Positions 12,130-25,900 of a stretch of 64,000 bases of DNA are shown one piece after another (position 1 is the stretch's first letter; each line of letters starts with the position of its first letter). A program made the translations under genes and the position numbers. The notes under the pieces are model-generated. The model was not told the origin of the DNA, did not search any database, and saw only the letters and a program-made list of their open reading frames with translations. The stretch covers positions 3,534,001-3,598,000 of the forward strand of contig CM102285.1 of NCBI GenBank assembly GCA_046563655.1. The letters run 5' to 3'. Source of the stretch: Yuukianura sp. NJ FZ-2021 (Eukaryota).

Positions 12130-15100
12130 TTACCATAGGATGCATTTATTAACAGGGTTCATTCCGCTTCCTTTGTTACATTTCCAAGCTTCAGAAAAGT
12201 CGTCGAAATTTGACAGTGGTCCAAGAATTCGAAAACGAGATGGGCTATGCTCATTTGTTTGAATCAAGTTAGCTAAGCTGGTTGGATTCATGTACGCACA
12301 CCACGACTAAGTAGAAACAAAACGAAAATCAATGTTTTAAACTTTTAAGCAGCTTATTTCTTTAGCGTCAAAACGAGTTCCTTAAAATTTACTTGTGCAA
12401 AAGCCAAGAAAAATATTTGCTCGGACGTATATTTCTCCAGACCAGGAAGCCGTACGTCAGCTTCCAATTTTTCTGCTGCATAAAAACGATAGGCCCTGAG
12501 GGCTTCCCGTATCCCGCCGTTGTCGGCGATATTTTCCGCTAATGTTTGCCTCCCATTTACCTACATATAGTATCAAAACTTGTGAGAACCTTTACCAATA
12601 CGTATCTGTAATATGTATAAAACTGTATCAGGCACAAAGTGTTTCCAATATTATGAATGTAATACATATCCAATGCTACTGCGATTTTAAAACAAGAAAG
12701 GCATGAAGTGAATCACGCTTGTGCAATATTGTTTTTAAAATGTTTTTATACTAAATAAATTAAAAATGTCACGTCACGTACTGTATTATTTTCGCCCAAA
12801 ATTGATTCCAGTTCGGGAAGACGATACGAATTGTATTGATCTATGAAACATTTAGTTTTTCCTACAAATTTTGTCAGAGTCTCTACGCTCCACCAAGAAC
12901 TCAGGCGCCCATAAGCATCACTGTAACGACCTGTACATGGTAAGCAGTGCATATCAAGAAATATATTTTATGATAAAAATTTTATTGAGGAATCGCAAAA
13001 CACCACCTTCTGTATCAAATCCATGCGTGAGCTCATGTCCAATTACTGCTCCCAGAGCTCCATAGTCTGCGGCACTAAGGTAACGAGATTTACTATTTTA
13101 GTTAATATTAGGGTTAGATTGTTATTAACTAATTAGTTAAAAATTACAATAACATTACCTAATTCCCATTCCAATAAATGGTTGTTGAAGGAATCCAACC
13201 GGAAGAGCTAGAAAGACAAACATCAGTGGAGTAGAGAGATAAAGCCTATATAAATAATTTTACCGCCGAATAGTTTAAAACCACTATAAATATTATTTTA
13301 GAATGTTGTATTTAACATACTAATGGAGTTTAGCTCATCCAGATAAAACGCATCGGCTTCCGCCGGTGAATCGGAGTCATCGGACCATGACAGGTCCACC
13401 GTTTGACCGACCTTCCGAAGCTCACGAAGTGACGTCCACTCCATTAATGTCACCATGTTACGGAAAAACGAATTGGAAAATTTGAGTCCCTCGTAGTATT
13501 TCTGAACGGAGGCTGGATTCCGTAGCCAGGCTGGATAGCCTACAAACTTCCTAACGTGATCAGCTTTCTCCATTGCTTTCCCTTTGGTTGCCTAGGTTAT
13601 TCAACAAGAAATCGATCGATCAGCTGACATCACTAACCTTATAGTCAATTATTACTTTTATACCGTAAGTATGATATGCAAACCAAAATATCTACTGATA
13701 AAAAATTATCATCCTTCGTATAGTTAAGGCTAGGGAGAATTACTGTTATATTACCTCATCCATCCAATCCAAATTTGTAACCATCACTTTGAAGGCATTA
13801 ATGATGTTTTGAGCCATTTCTTCCGTTTCATCAATGATACTGTGATCGACATATTTTAGAATATACCTGGAATTTTTTAACATGAATGAAACAGACCGTA
13901 ATTTCACAATTTTTTGGGAATGGCGTACTTGTGCGTAAGTAGGAACGGAAGCTGGTCATCCAAAATTGCAATGCAAGTTGTGTGACTGCAAATAACATAA
14001 CCGGGTAAACTATGATGTATTTGTTGTATTTATAATTTATGAGTTTAGTTAAGTTATGTTATTAACACACCGATTAACAGAAGCTTCGTTTCCATTTATT
14101 TTGCCGGTAAAGCGATCAAACAGTAATCGAACTTCGGAGGTGACATCCGTTCCCATTGTATAAACAATTTGCCAGGTGATATACAAATCTACTCAGAAAC
14201 ATAGAAACTATAGAATATAATTATGAAACAAAGTAAATATGCGAGCACCAAATATTACCGAAGTCATCTCTCTTCAGTGATTTTAGAAATGCAGCGAGGG
14301 CATTGAGGTACCCCATATCATTTGCAATAAATGTTGTGTTTTCATCTATTGTCATAAATCCTTCGAACACTACATCAAAGTATTCCGTCCAGTTGAACTA
14401 TATCCAAATACTTAATATTAGTAAATGTTGACGGTAAAATAAAATTTGAAATTAAAATTTATACTTTATGTATATAGACATATATATACAACACTTATAC
14501 TATTAGTATTGTTATTTATAGATATATATGTAATTTTGTACCGACAAACGTTGTGGAGAAACATGAGAAGCATTATCACTTCCAAACATATCTTCTCCAC
14601 TGAACAGTCGATTTAGTTCTTTCAGCGTCATCAAGTTGTTCATTTTTGGTTTCGGCAGATTTTGAGCATCGGTCATGGCCTAACGAATTAAGAACTAATA
14701 GTAATATGCGTAAATTTTGAAAATGTTTATCTGCCACTGCGCATGCGCTTACCTACATTGGACAATACTGTATCCCATTCCACAATTTTTTTCACGTTGT
14801 CAATCATTGTCTGATATATAGGATACGCCTGAGAAAACTCCCTTGATACAATGGTAGCCAGTGATTGAATAAGGTACTCGTATGTTGCAGAGTCATCATT
14901 CGAAGAAGTCCATGCACCCTTATCCAATGGCAGTTCCGGTTGGTCCAGCTGAGTTGAAATATTTTGAAATATTGAAATATTTCCTGTTTTCTACTACAAG
15001 TAGTCATGAAGTTGCTTAAGGCTGAATAAGTTGCTTACTAACAAATATTGTGTTGTAGGAGTTGTTGACGTAGTCAGCATCGACTTTTAAGTTTATCAAA

Positions 15101-16310
15101 TAGCTCTGTCCCGTCTTCCGCCGAATTCTGCCTAAAGTTGTCGCCATGGAAGCATTCGTTTGGACCAAGCTTTTTACTAAGCGCACCAACGGTTTGAGTC
15201 CAGCCTTTTCAATTGACTCTATAATATACAACATAATTTGCATCAGCTTGCAATAAAACTATTTTCTGAACTGGTAAAAACCTGTGTATCACCTAAATCG
15301 ACGCAAGAGTCGTACATGTATTTGAGCTGATGTAAAGCCGGAATGTCATCCATACTTATAGCTTCAGTTAAACCTAACAATTGCAAATACAAAATGATCA
15401 TGGCAACATTAGAATTAATTGCACGCTATAATTATTGTATTGGTTTTTTACTTCGTAGTCGACCCAGGATTCGATTTCGCATGACTGTGGTATGATCATA
15501 GGTGGATTGTTCTACAACACTAGACGTATCTTCAATCCAACTGCCACAACTGAATAAATGGAAATCTTCACAAGGGTCAATTCGGTCATCAATGGACTTT
15601 ATAAGAAGCGCCGCCGTTTCTTCGCATGCCTTTGTACGACATATTTCGTATGGTGCTATCCAATAAATATTAAATGACATATACTCCAAAAAAAATTACA
15701 ATTTGTTTTTGATTTTTGAATCATTTACATATATAAAGCACCATTTTAAAGCTGGAGAATTTTTATAATTACATCAAATTACAAATAATTGTGTTCAGAT
15801 TAAATTATTGTTTTACATGGGCTTACGGAATGTGCTGGAATACATAGAAGCGACAACGGCGAGTGCCACGGCCAAAGAAATGCAGAGTATCGACAAAGCA
15901 ATTATGATTCCCGGAGCCCATGCGCGTAAATATGAAAATCTGGACAATTTTATTCAAATAAAAGTTTTATCTAATTTTTAGTTACGAAGTATTTGAAAAC
16001 AATTAAGTCACGACGCCTTGCAAGGGCATGTCAGTCAAAGTAAAACTTTTCGCTAGTTTCAAACTGGACAAGCATATAACTATAAACATGTTATTTATAA
16101 GATATTATAAAAAACTAAATTTTCAATTTGTTTAACTGCTCTTACAAAGTCTACTAACCGTGATTTTGATACTGTTGATGAATTAACTTCTGGTGGATTT
16201 TCCCCTGCATCACCGTACTCACTCGCACCATCCTCTTCAATCACAAAAGCCGTCTGCGATGGTGACCTTTCAGGCATGTGCGCAGATCTAGGAGCATCCA
16301 AGTAATCCAT
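12130..16310 (-). CDS. Neprilysin / endothelin-converting-enzyme-like M13 metallopeptidase (multi-exon, type II membrane)
   Basis: N-terminal TM exon (~15940-15830, IIIALSILCISLAVALAVVA), then CRTKAC...IDPCEDFHLFSCGSW, FVGYP, zinc motif GHELTHGFD (~13040), ENIADNGG (~12537), HSPSRFR and C-terminal MNPVNKCILW* (stop 12132-12130). The start could be 16382 instead; internal exon borders were not all mapped. Confidence 0.92.
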
Positions 16311-17458
16311 CTTATGCACATGAACTTCTGGTTTGAACAGAAACAAGGTGATGACTGATTTGTTAGTGCTTTCGTTGTTCATACAGAACCTAGTACAACG
16401 TCAAACTGATTTTGCCAATTCCCTAGAAACTTCACCTTTACTTTCAACTTATGGTTAGGTCCATGATAATTGTTGCTAAATGGTCCACTTTAGAAATCAG
16501 GTATTACAAGCAGTTTCAATGGAAATCTGCTAATGACCAGAGTTTTATGGACTCTCGACTCAAAACGTAGATTTCCACAAGATATGCGTCATACTGTTAA
16601 ACCGGACACTGTACATACATTGTTACTTAAACAGCAATTTCAATTGCTAACAATTTAGACTTAAACCGAGCAAAAGAGGTTAACAAAAACATGCGCCGCA
16701 TCTTAACCCTTTTGGTATTTTAATTAATTCTAGATGAATTCCAGTTTATTTGAAGTTGGAAGTACAGTACTTGCATTAAAATCAAGATCAAAGTGTGTGC
16801 CATTTTTTATTCCATTTTATTACGGCTACAAAGAAACACATCGGTTTCCGGACATAGAAATCCAAAATCAGAATCAGCGGAAATTTAAAACCACAGTAAA
16901 ACTAAAACGTACACCTAATTCATGAGACACTTCCTTTCTTTTTAGAAAATAGGTACAAACTCTTGCTGAATTAAATGACAAAAGTATTTGTCCGAAATAT
17001 TTTTGTTTTCTTCTAGTCTTGCAAACAACAAGTTTTGCTAAAAAGTACAAGCTAACCAGTGTAAAAAACTGCCAAAACATTATGCGAAACACTATTTTTA
17101 TTGTTTTAGTTTCCTTTGTGGTCCTGCCTGGTAAACAAAAAAAATAAGTTAACATCTTTTTGTAATATATTCACCAACTCCTCATTTTTGCAGCACTGGG
17201 GCAAAACACAAGACGTATAAATTGTAATCTCGCTGGGTGTATGCGATGTCCAAGTAAAACAAACTCAGCTTTACGTAATCTGTACAAAATGATCTAATAC
17301 AATCAGTTCATATTTTTTTCCTCTTTAATCCTGAAGTTGATGGAAACCGAGAAGAAAATGGTTGTTTTCGAGTCTGCGCAGCATTTCGTTACAGAGGAGC
17401 TCAGTGTGAAAACACGGGCCAGGGATCCACTTGCGTCTGTACTCGACCAAGGAATGTA

Positions 17459-18360
17459 CCCTATTTCACGGCGTATAAGTCGCGGCTTATCTGATGTTTT
17501 TCTGACCCAACAGAAAATCAAAAAAAAAATTTTTTTGGCTAACTTTGTTGATTTCCTTAACCGGTCTACTCTAAACTAAGAAAACGTCCTTAATCCTCCA
17601 AACTAATGTTTTCGAAACATTTGTTTCGCCCATTTTTGACACTCTGTACCGTGATTTCTTTCCAAGATTTCAACATTCACTCACAAACTGTGGCAAATAT
17701 TACATTTCTTCGATTCCGGATTTTTGTGAGCGATACAGTTTCATAGTCCAACATCCGCTCATCCCAAAAATTTCGAATTTTAGCCTTAAACGATTTGTTC
17801 ACGAAAAAGTGAAGTGGCTGCGAAAACTTAACCTAATTCGACGGAAATGGAAATTACTGTCCGTTGCGTAAATTTTTGAACCGCTTCTACTTTGGCAGTG
17901 AGATGTGATGTTTTGGATGCATTAGACCAGAAGGCAGTTTTCCTTTTTCGGTTTGGAAAAAAAAATTTTTTTTGTACCATATACTGCTGATCCGATCTTC
18001 AATCAATTTCCCGTTAACCCAGCCTTTTAAATTGGCTCGAATCAGAATTCCAGAGGGAAAGTTTTCTTGTAAACCTTTGATGTGTTTTTTCCCTTCCATG
18101 CAAATATTCTCCACGGATTATTTTTAAAATCATCAGTATTTTCAAACAAAAAAAAAATGGATAAATGAAAAATAATTTTCTCTCTATGCTAGAGACTATC
18201 GTATAATAATAAAATAGCAATTGCGGCGAGGGTTAACACACAAGGACTATTCGCCCTGTGACAGATTTGAGCCAATTCCACAAATCTTATACCCAAACCC
18301 AACACATTATATTGGGGTGCGACCTATACGCGAGTGCGACCTATACGCCGTGAAATAGGG
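17459..18360 (-). mobile_element. Internally deleted, degenerate pogo/Tigger-type (Tc1/mariner superfamily) DNA transposon
   Basis: 25-bp TIRs CCCTATTTCACGGCGTATA(A/G)GTCGC with TA on both flanks. Minus-strand transposase relics FPSGILIRANLKGWVN and QPLHFFVNKSFKAKIRNFW resemble the pogo DDE motifs NxKGWM and QPLDxxVNKPFK and are broken by stops and frameshifts. Confidence 0.85.
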
Positions 18361-21300
18361 TACTTCCAAGTCCGCCACAAAGTCCTCGACGAAATGGAAA
18401 ATAAATAACATCATCTATTGTCCGTGACGACATAAAAAATGAAAAAATGAAAAAATTTTCCAAAAACAACAATGTCAGAATGTGGTAATCTTTTTTCGAC
18501 AATATTAAAATTCATATTAGTTGCGATCTTAATAAAAAAAAAACAGTGCATTGCTTTTTGTGGTTCTTATTATTTTTAAAAACAAGTTAACTTGATTACT
18601 TTTCTTTGATTGAATTCTGATTTGCAGCAACTTTGAATTGAACCTGATTTATCAAAATATTGCAACTCCAAACAATCTGACAGTTACTGCAATAATTATT
18701 GGTTTTGTTTACTTGATTACTTTGATATTCCTTACTTAAGTTAGGATAAAGCAACTTAAGATAACTGTTGATAACCTTATTTTTTTCAAGGATTTACTGA
18801 TTGTTTCGTTGTTAAAAGTTCGAATACATTGAATTTTAAAAACACGTCAGCTTTTTTTATTTGTTTTGCCAGAGTTTATAATACAAAAAAATCTTAGATT
18901 AGAGCATCAAAAAACTTAAAAATTGGGTAAAAAATCTACCTATGTAAAATAAAAAAAAACAAGTGCGAGTTTCAAAGCCAAATTTTTCTATGAATCTCAA
19001 AAAAAATCGAGAAAAATTGATGAATCTTAGAATTTTTATCTTAGCCTTCAGTGCAGTGTATGTTTGATATTCGTCGATGCGTCATATAAGGCTTAATTGA
19101 ATATGATATGGGCGTGGTGGGTAGTTAGACCAGCATGCTATAGGGCAAGATAGAATTTTGTAAATCGAACTAGCTGAAATTGCGGAACGTATTCAACAGA
19201 AGAAAGTAAAAAAACCTTGCCGAAGTGGGAGTTTACCATATGGAGAAAGCATGCATGAAGGTAAGGGGGAACTTCGCCATCCATTCTCCCTGCTACTAAC
19301 CATAGAACATCTTATTCCCCTAGCTTTTCTTTATGGCCTCGGCCACAGTGAAAGTTCAGAGGACGCGCATTCAATTTTTCCCCCAAAAATCGATTGCCTT
19401 TAAGCAGGGGATTTTTTTCATTCAAAGTTAGTGAAGAAAATGGCCGTCAATTTGATTTTCCCTTCTCCCTTATTCCACAATATAGTAGAACACCATGACT
19501 TCCATTTCCTTCCAGTAGTGCTATTTGCAGTAGCTTCCCTAACCAAAAAAGAAAGCCAACAACGAGGGGGAAATGACGCCTTTCATGCGACTGCATTATG
19601 TAAATTTTTGATGTTCTGTTAATAAGCTTTCTCCGCCAAAAACTTTTCTCGTCCCTACCACTTTTCTCCAATTTCCTCCGGTTCTGTCTCCTCTACTTTC
19701 CCTAATGAGAATGGAAAGCCAATTTTCAGCCAACTACTCTACTACCTCATTACCACAATGGAAAATCAAAAACGGCAGAGCCTTAAGCAAAAAAAAAATT
19801 TTTTTTTCAATTTGGTATCTCGGAATTTGTTAATTTTTTAAAAAACGGCACAGGATTCAGCAGAAGTACAAAAGCGCCAATTATACTAGCAGGAAATTCA
19901 GTAACCGTTAAACCGCGGTACCGCGATCTTCTGGAACTTTTTGTTTTTAACACAACTACTCTCTACATGACTTGACAGCATTAAACCAGCATTAGTTATT
20001 AACCAGCTTAATATTCAAAACTAAATGAACTTCAACATAAGATTCATACTATTTATAATATTTTTAATATTTTCAAATAATTTTTGTTATTTGGGCTACA
20101 ATGGCTTAAATAATTCAACTATTTCATAATGAAACTAAAGTTTAGTAAAACTACAGTTATGAAGAAGATGAATTTGATGGTGGGAAAAAGTTAGGATCAA
20201 TTTCTGATGAATTCCCATGCTTCGTAAAGAATAATAATTTCAGCTTAGGAACCGGAATTTGAATATTCCGGATCGAATTCATTGTTTAGTTTGTGCTGCT
20301 TAGGGTAAGATGCTCTACCTCATTTCCATATCTGTTGGATATCCATGAAAATGCATGGCTAATGTAATGTACTTAAGGGCCAAGGTGAGAAGGATGAATA
20401 GGCTTGGGAGCACTCAGGATTATTTCATTTGGAGATCCACCTTCCCGAGTGTCACCTTGATGGAAATCTTCTTTTGTTCGTGTATGCATAACTAATGGAC
20501 TCTAGTACAAAGGCGAGTCAAGGAAAAACTCATATGCAATTCCAGTAGCTTTTTGTTTAGCGGAGACGCTACAAAGATACAAGGGATTTGATATGGTATG
20601 TCCTGGTAATTTATGCACCTTACTTAATATTCTAGATTAATTCCTACATTTATAAAGTTTATTTACAAATTTATTTTTTCTATTTTGTGTTTAAGTAACT
20701 TCATCATTGTAAAGTAAGGTCAAAACATTATTTAGATTAAGCGTTCTAAATTTGCAAGTTCGACTACGGCTTTGGAGAAACCATATGCTACAGCTCCAAA
20801 CTTCTTGCAACTCTCGACATCGTATCGTCAAGTTTTAAAAGTAAACACAAATTTTGTTGTTGGTGTTTAAATTTTAGACAAATGACATTGAAGTAAAATG
20901 AGGACTGACTGACTGACATTGAACTAAGATGACAATTTACAAAAGGAAATCATCAAATACAATAAAAATTAAAAAATAAGTTACGCTTCTTATTCTTTCC
21001 GTTTTATACCACTCCGATTTTATTAAAAGAAAAAATTTCCACACTTTTAATACGGCAATGTTCTTCTGTATTTGTGACAGCATTATCTGTATTGTAAGTT
21101 AAACTTTCTTGTTTTTCTTTGAAAAAAAAAATCCCTTTAAAAAAAATAAACTTTCATAAACTTAAATAAATTAATTTTAAATCATTTCAAAAAAATGCTA
21201 TAAAAAATTTCAGTAAATTTCAATAATTTAAGAGAAAAAAACTTATTTAATAATACGTGGTTCTCCGTGGTGTTCATGCATATAGTTTTGTGATGTTTTA

Positions 21301-22135
21301 CCCTTCAGGAAATGGTTCTTTTGTTCTGAGGCGTCTTTTAGAAGGAAGTTGGACAAGAAAGCAAAGGGGGAAAGTGAAAAAGCTTCTTGTTCCATTATGA
21401 TTACGATTTGAATTCATTCATATTCCCTGGGAAAAAGTCCATTTCAAATCCAGTTCGTCACAGAGTGCTTCCAACCAGTGGAGATAATAGGCACAAAGAC
21501 AGAATAGGAGAAACTACAGATGAAATGAATTCAATTCAGAGATCACATGAATTCAGAGACAGAACAAAGATTTGCTCTCTTCACTGTGATTAGCATGCAA
21601 AGTATATGCACAGAACTCTCCTCTGTCCTTAGTCCCCTCCTATGCATTTAAAATATTTTGGATGAATTGAATTTTCATAAAAATTAAACCATTTTTTAAA
21701 ATTCTGCTGCACTCATCTGCTGCCTCCTTGCTCTAGCTGGATGAGGAGTCTTTTGTGCCGAGTTTTAAAAAGTATCCGTGAAATTATGTTCAAATGGAGC
21801 CTTAGACACTTGGACTGCATTTGCATCTCTTAAGTCTTCTTATGAATGACACTCTTGCATAATTTTAATACGGAATGAACCGAGGGGACATGCAGATGCA
21901 GCAGTGACGATGACCCAATGGTGTACGTTTCATTTTGGAACATTTAGTTGAACTCCGAAGATCACTTTGGCAACTCATCCTCCTAAATAGACGCTTTCAG
22001 TTGGAAAAGCTGTGACTTGCAGTTTCGATTTGCACAAACAGTTCGGGTTGAACGAAAACTTCAAAAATTTAGTGCACAAATTTGAAATTGCAGCCATGTT
22101 TAAGAAAGACTTATTTCTTCAGGTTGAACTTACTA

Positions 22136-22975
22136 ATGTTCGTCTAAAAACGCAAGACAGTTTATTTATTCTCAAAATTGAATACTTTTGAATTTTTCGG
22201 CGCTGGTTGGGTTGCGCATGCGCGAAATCATGTATACACCAGCGCCTGATTCGGTTATTTTGGAACTTACTATCGCTGCAATGTAATTCGTCAAAAATCA
22301 TTTCGTTAGGTTAGTTAGTTAACTAATTCCACTTCTTACGATTAGTTGTGTTAATTAGAATAGCGTTAATTACTAAAGTCAGAAGTCAACTCAAACATTT
22401 CCCCAATTTTCTCTCGCGTTAACCTCTGACACCGGGGGGCTGTTGTAGGATCATAGTCCATATGACAAAAAATACTTCCCTCAAGATTCATAACAACCTT
22501 CATAGGCTTGACATCGTCGGTGTGCCCCACTTCACTTTTTGGACTTGAGTCTAGTCTCAAAAAAAGAGGAGCCCTTGGGGCAAAAAAAATTAGTTGCTCC
22601 GTCCAAACGTTCCAAAAATGTTTGAAACATGATAAAATGATAAAAAGTGAAAAAGGCGAAAAAAAAAATTATATCAATAAATTATAAATTAAAAATAAAA
22701 AACCTTATACGACCAACTTTCCACTCATATCAAAGCAGCCCTGCATGACATTATGTGTCGTCAACTCAAATTAGTTTGAAAAGTTCAACGGTAGACCGGC
22801 GGCATTCGATAGACCTGACATCTATAACCTGATGATTTAGATTCAGATTTAGAGGATTAGTGGTTACAAATGATGTAGCGCAGATTGTGTTCAACATTTC
22901 AGTAACGTATGGCAACAAGTAAGAAATCAGTGAAAATTTAGATAAACAAACTGTCTTGCGTTTTTAGACGAACAT
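22136..22975. mobile_element. MITE-like non-autonomous TIR element (840 bp, TA flanks)
   Basis: Perfect 28-bp TIR ATGTTCGTCTAAAAACGCAAGACAGTTT at both ends, extending further with one mismatch. TA lies at 22134-22135 and 22976-22977. No coding capacity. Confidence 0.75.
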
Positions 22976-25900
22976 TAATTGCGCTGTTACCTTAACACAA
23001 GATTTCGTAATCAAAGAAATTGCACAAAAATTAAAGGATTCATGTTTTTTTTTTTTTTTGCAAATTTTTTTTTTACGTAACTCCCAGTTTTCGCGTGACT
23101 TCATCAAACTCCATGTCAGCAGAAAAACCGCACCAAAAACTGGTGAAAAAATTAAGTTTTAAACAAAAATGAAAAGTAATTGAGAAGTTACTCAGTCGCA
23201 CGAAAGTGAAAGTGAGAAAGCAGTTTCGATGTGTTTCAAAATTTAAAAAAAAGTTTTCTTTTTTTTTGTCTATATTAGCAAAGTGAAGTGCTTGATTGTT
23301 CGCAAAGTGAGTTTGTTTTGACCCATAGTGTGACCCACTGTGTTCAAGTGTTGTACCCCAACAAATTACTCAAATAACATGCCACAGAGAAGAAAGGGCT
23401 CAAGGGCCTCGACCGATCCATTTTCAATATGTATTGAGAATTAGGATCATCCTGTTCAAAAGGATCCCTTCGGCTTCCAGAAGACCTAAAAAGTCCTTTT
23501 ACTAACCAAAGCAGTGAAAAGGTAGCCCTTCTAAGGGCCCTTTTTAATTTATTGACCTGCTTAAGGTCTCAAAAGAGCATCGAAGGACCCCAAGAGGACT
23601 GAAGTGAGCGATCAATAGGTTAGTGTTGGTGGTAACAAAGTAGTCCCTTCAAGGGCTCCTCTCAATAATCAATCCAATGAATAAAGGAAATTGATCTTTT
23701 GGCATGATTTGTGGGATTATTGGGTTTTGGATTGATGGATTCAGCAAATTATTCAAAACTTAACAGTAGTACTTGTGTCATCACTTTATAACAAGGTCAG
23801 TTTTCATTTTTTTATTTTTGTAGTTTTTTATATTTATAATTTGTTTTTGATTTATTTAAATTCTTGACGATTCCCATCCTATAAAAATGGGTGCTTAATT
23901 TTTTTGCCATCCTCAAAGAATGCCTTCAGTTAGCTTTTTTTTTGCAATTTTGATAGTATATTGTTTACTCAAAAAGTATTGGAATTGGTTTATAAACTTT
24001 ATATCAACAAAAATTTTCTTGTTGTGTTTAAGTTTCGGTTCACTTCGTAATTGAGTAAAACTAACAATTCCATAACGCTAACCGATAAATCAATGAAGCA
24101 TTTAAGAAACATTCTTTTCGGTTTTCCGTACACTGCCATTATTTACTTAAGAATTATTTAAGTCCACTGAATATTGTATTTCATCGAAGCAGAACGTTAC
24201 AAAAAAATTTGAAACTTCTCTCCAAATTTTTACAAGAACTTGCTGTACAAGATCTGCTTTGTATATTTTACAGCAGTGTGTACGGATACTGCTAAATAAA
24301 TTAACGTTTTGAATTACTTGATCTGCAATGTTGTACTTATTTACAGCAATTTTACAACTCAAAAATTTTTCAAACAAAACTGAATGCAGGTTCTACTTAC
24401 GGTAAACGGGTGGTAAACAATGTTTATACGTTCCACTTTTGCCAAAATCTTGTAAAGTGAGTTTAATTACTGGTTGTGTTCGTACCCCACAATTATGCAA
24501 ATGGACAGTACACCTAATAATAGGTTTGGTTAGGTTAGGCTAAAATATCTACTCATAGTTTATGCCAACCTAACTCCAACAGCATTTCCTCCCTGTCTCA
24601 ACAGGAAAGCAATTAAACAGTCAAAGTAACACTTTGACCGACTGTCAGTCCAGTTACTTTGAGTGTCCAGGAAATCCAGGAATCGTGCGTGCTGGCTAAA
24701 CAGCCTACCTCATTTTCAAAAATACTGTAAATTAATTGGCGCCTTTATTCAAAATACATGCTTTGTTTTCACTTTTTCCCCTACGCCATATTCCATGCAT
24801 AAAGTTGTTCCTCACTCGTCCATGTTTTAGTCCATCTGCATGTTTAAGAGAAAAACAAAAGGAAGTGGAGAGGTAGAGTTACCGCGGGAGATTTTTGAAA
24901 ACTCTTTTATTTTTTGAAACTAAAAAATATCCCGCAGTTTCTTTGAGTTTTGGATTTAATGAGGAGCATCCTTGCTATGACGTTGGTGTAGATCTTGGAG
25001 ATTTTGACTTTGACTGACATGGACATTCGTCTATGCAAAATAATGCTTGGAGGGATGGAAGTTAGTAGAACAAAAGATCCACTTTTTCATGAAAACTTTT
25101 TTTGAAATGCTTCAAATGAATTTGAAATTGAAATCGCAGCGTGGAGTCCATCCAGGAGGAGCTGTGAATCCATTGACAACTCAAAAGGAACTTGGGGGAA
25201 ATGTAATAATTGTTCTTCTTTTTTCAAAAAAAAAAAATTAAAAAAAAAATTTCAATAGACGCAAATTATAGGAGAGTTCAGTTCCGCCTGGATCTTTAAT
25301 TTAAAAAAATACACGCCTTGTAATTTTTTTTATACAAAAGAATGCCTTTTGTCCAAAATTTCGAATTTTCCCTCTTATGCATATTAGCATATGTAGTAAA
25401 GCTTAAGTAAGTACAATGAAGTTAAGTGTTCAAGTGTCCACTTTTCAAGTGGGATTGTTCAAGTCCACTTTTTCAAGTGTTCAACTTTATTTTGTTGTTA
25501 ATCATCCTGGCACACAATACCTGTCCACTCGAGGTGGAGTTTTACTACTTTTTCTTAATGAGGAACAGCGAAAGATGATGCCAGATGCGTAGCGTAGCTC
25601 ATCTTCAACTTGTTACGTTGTGTAACATTAAAACAAAAAATTCTTGTCAAAAAATTGAATCTTTAAAAAAACGGAGCTTTTAACATACTTCGTTTTCAGT
25701 TTTATTAGCAATGTTTCGAGAGTGTTACAGAGTTGATGGTAAAATTCCACGTTCAAAATTTCTCATAAATTGAAGTGCCATTCCTGTTTAGAAATTTTTC
25801 CCCAAATTTTCAGTATAATTTTCAGAACATTTTTAGTTTAAACTAAAATTTACCACGCAAGAAGTGTTTAATTTTGGTTAAACTAACTTTACCTTGATGT

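Noticed and set aside
23321-23342. Two tandem Transib/RSS-heptamer-like ends (CATAGTG, CACTGTG)
   Set aside because: No matching opposite terminus, TSD or transposase relic was found; too short to support.
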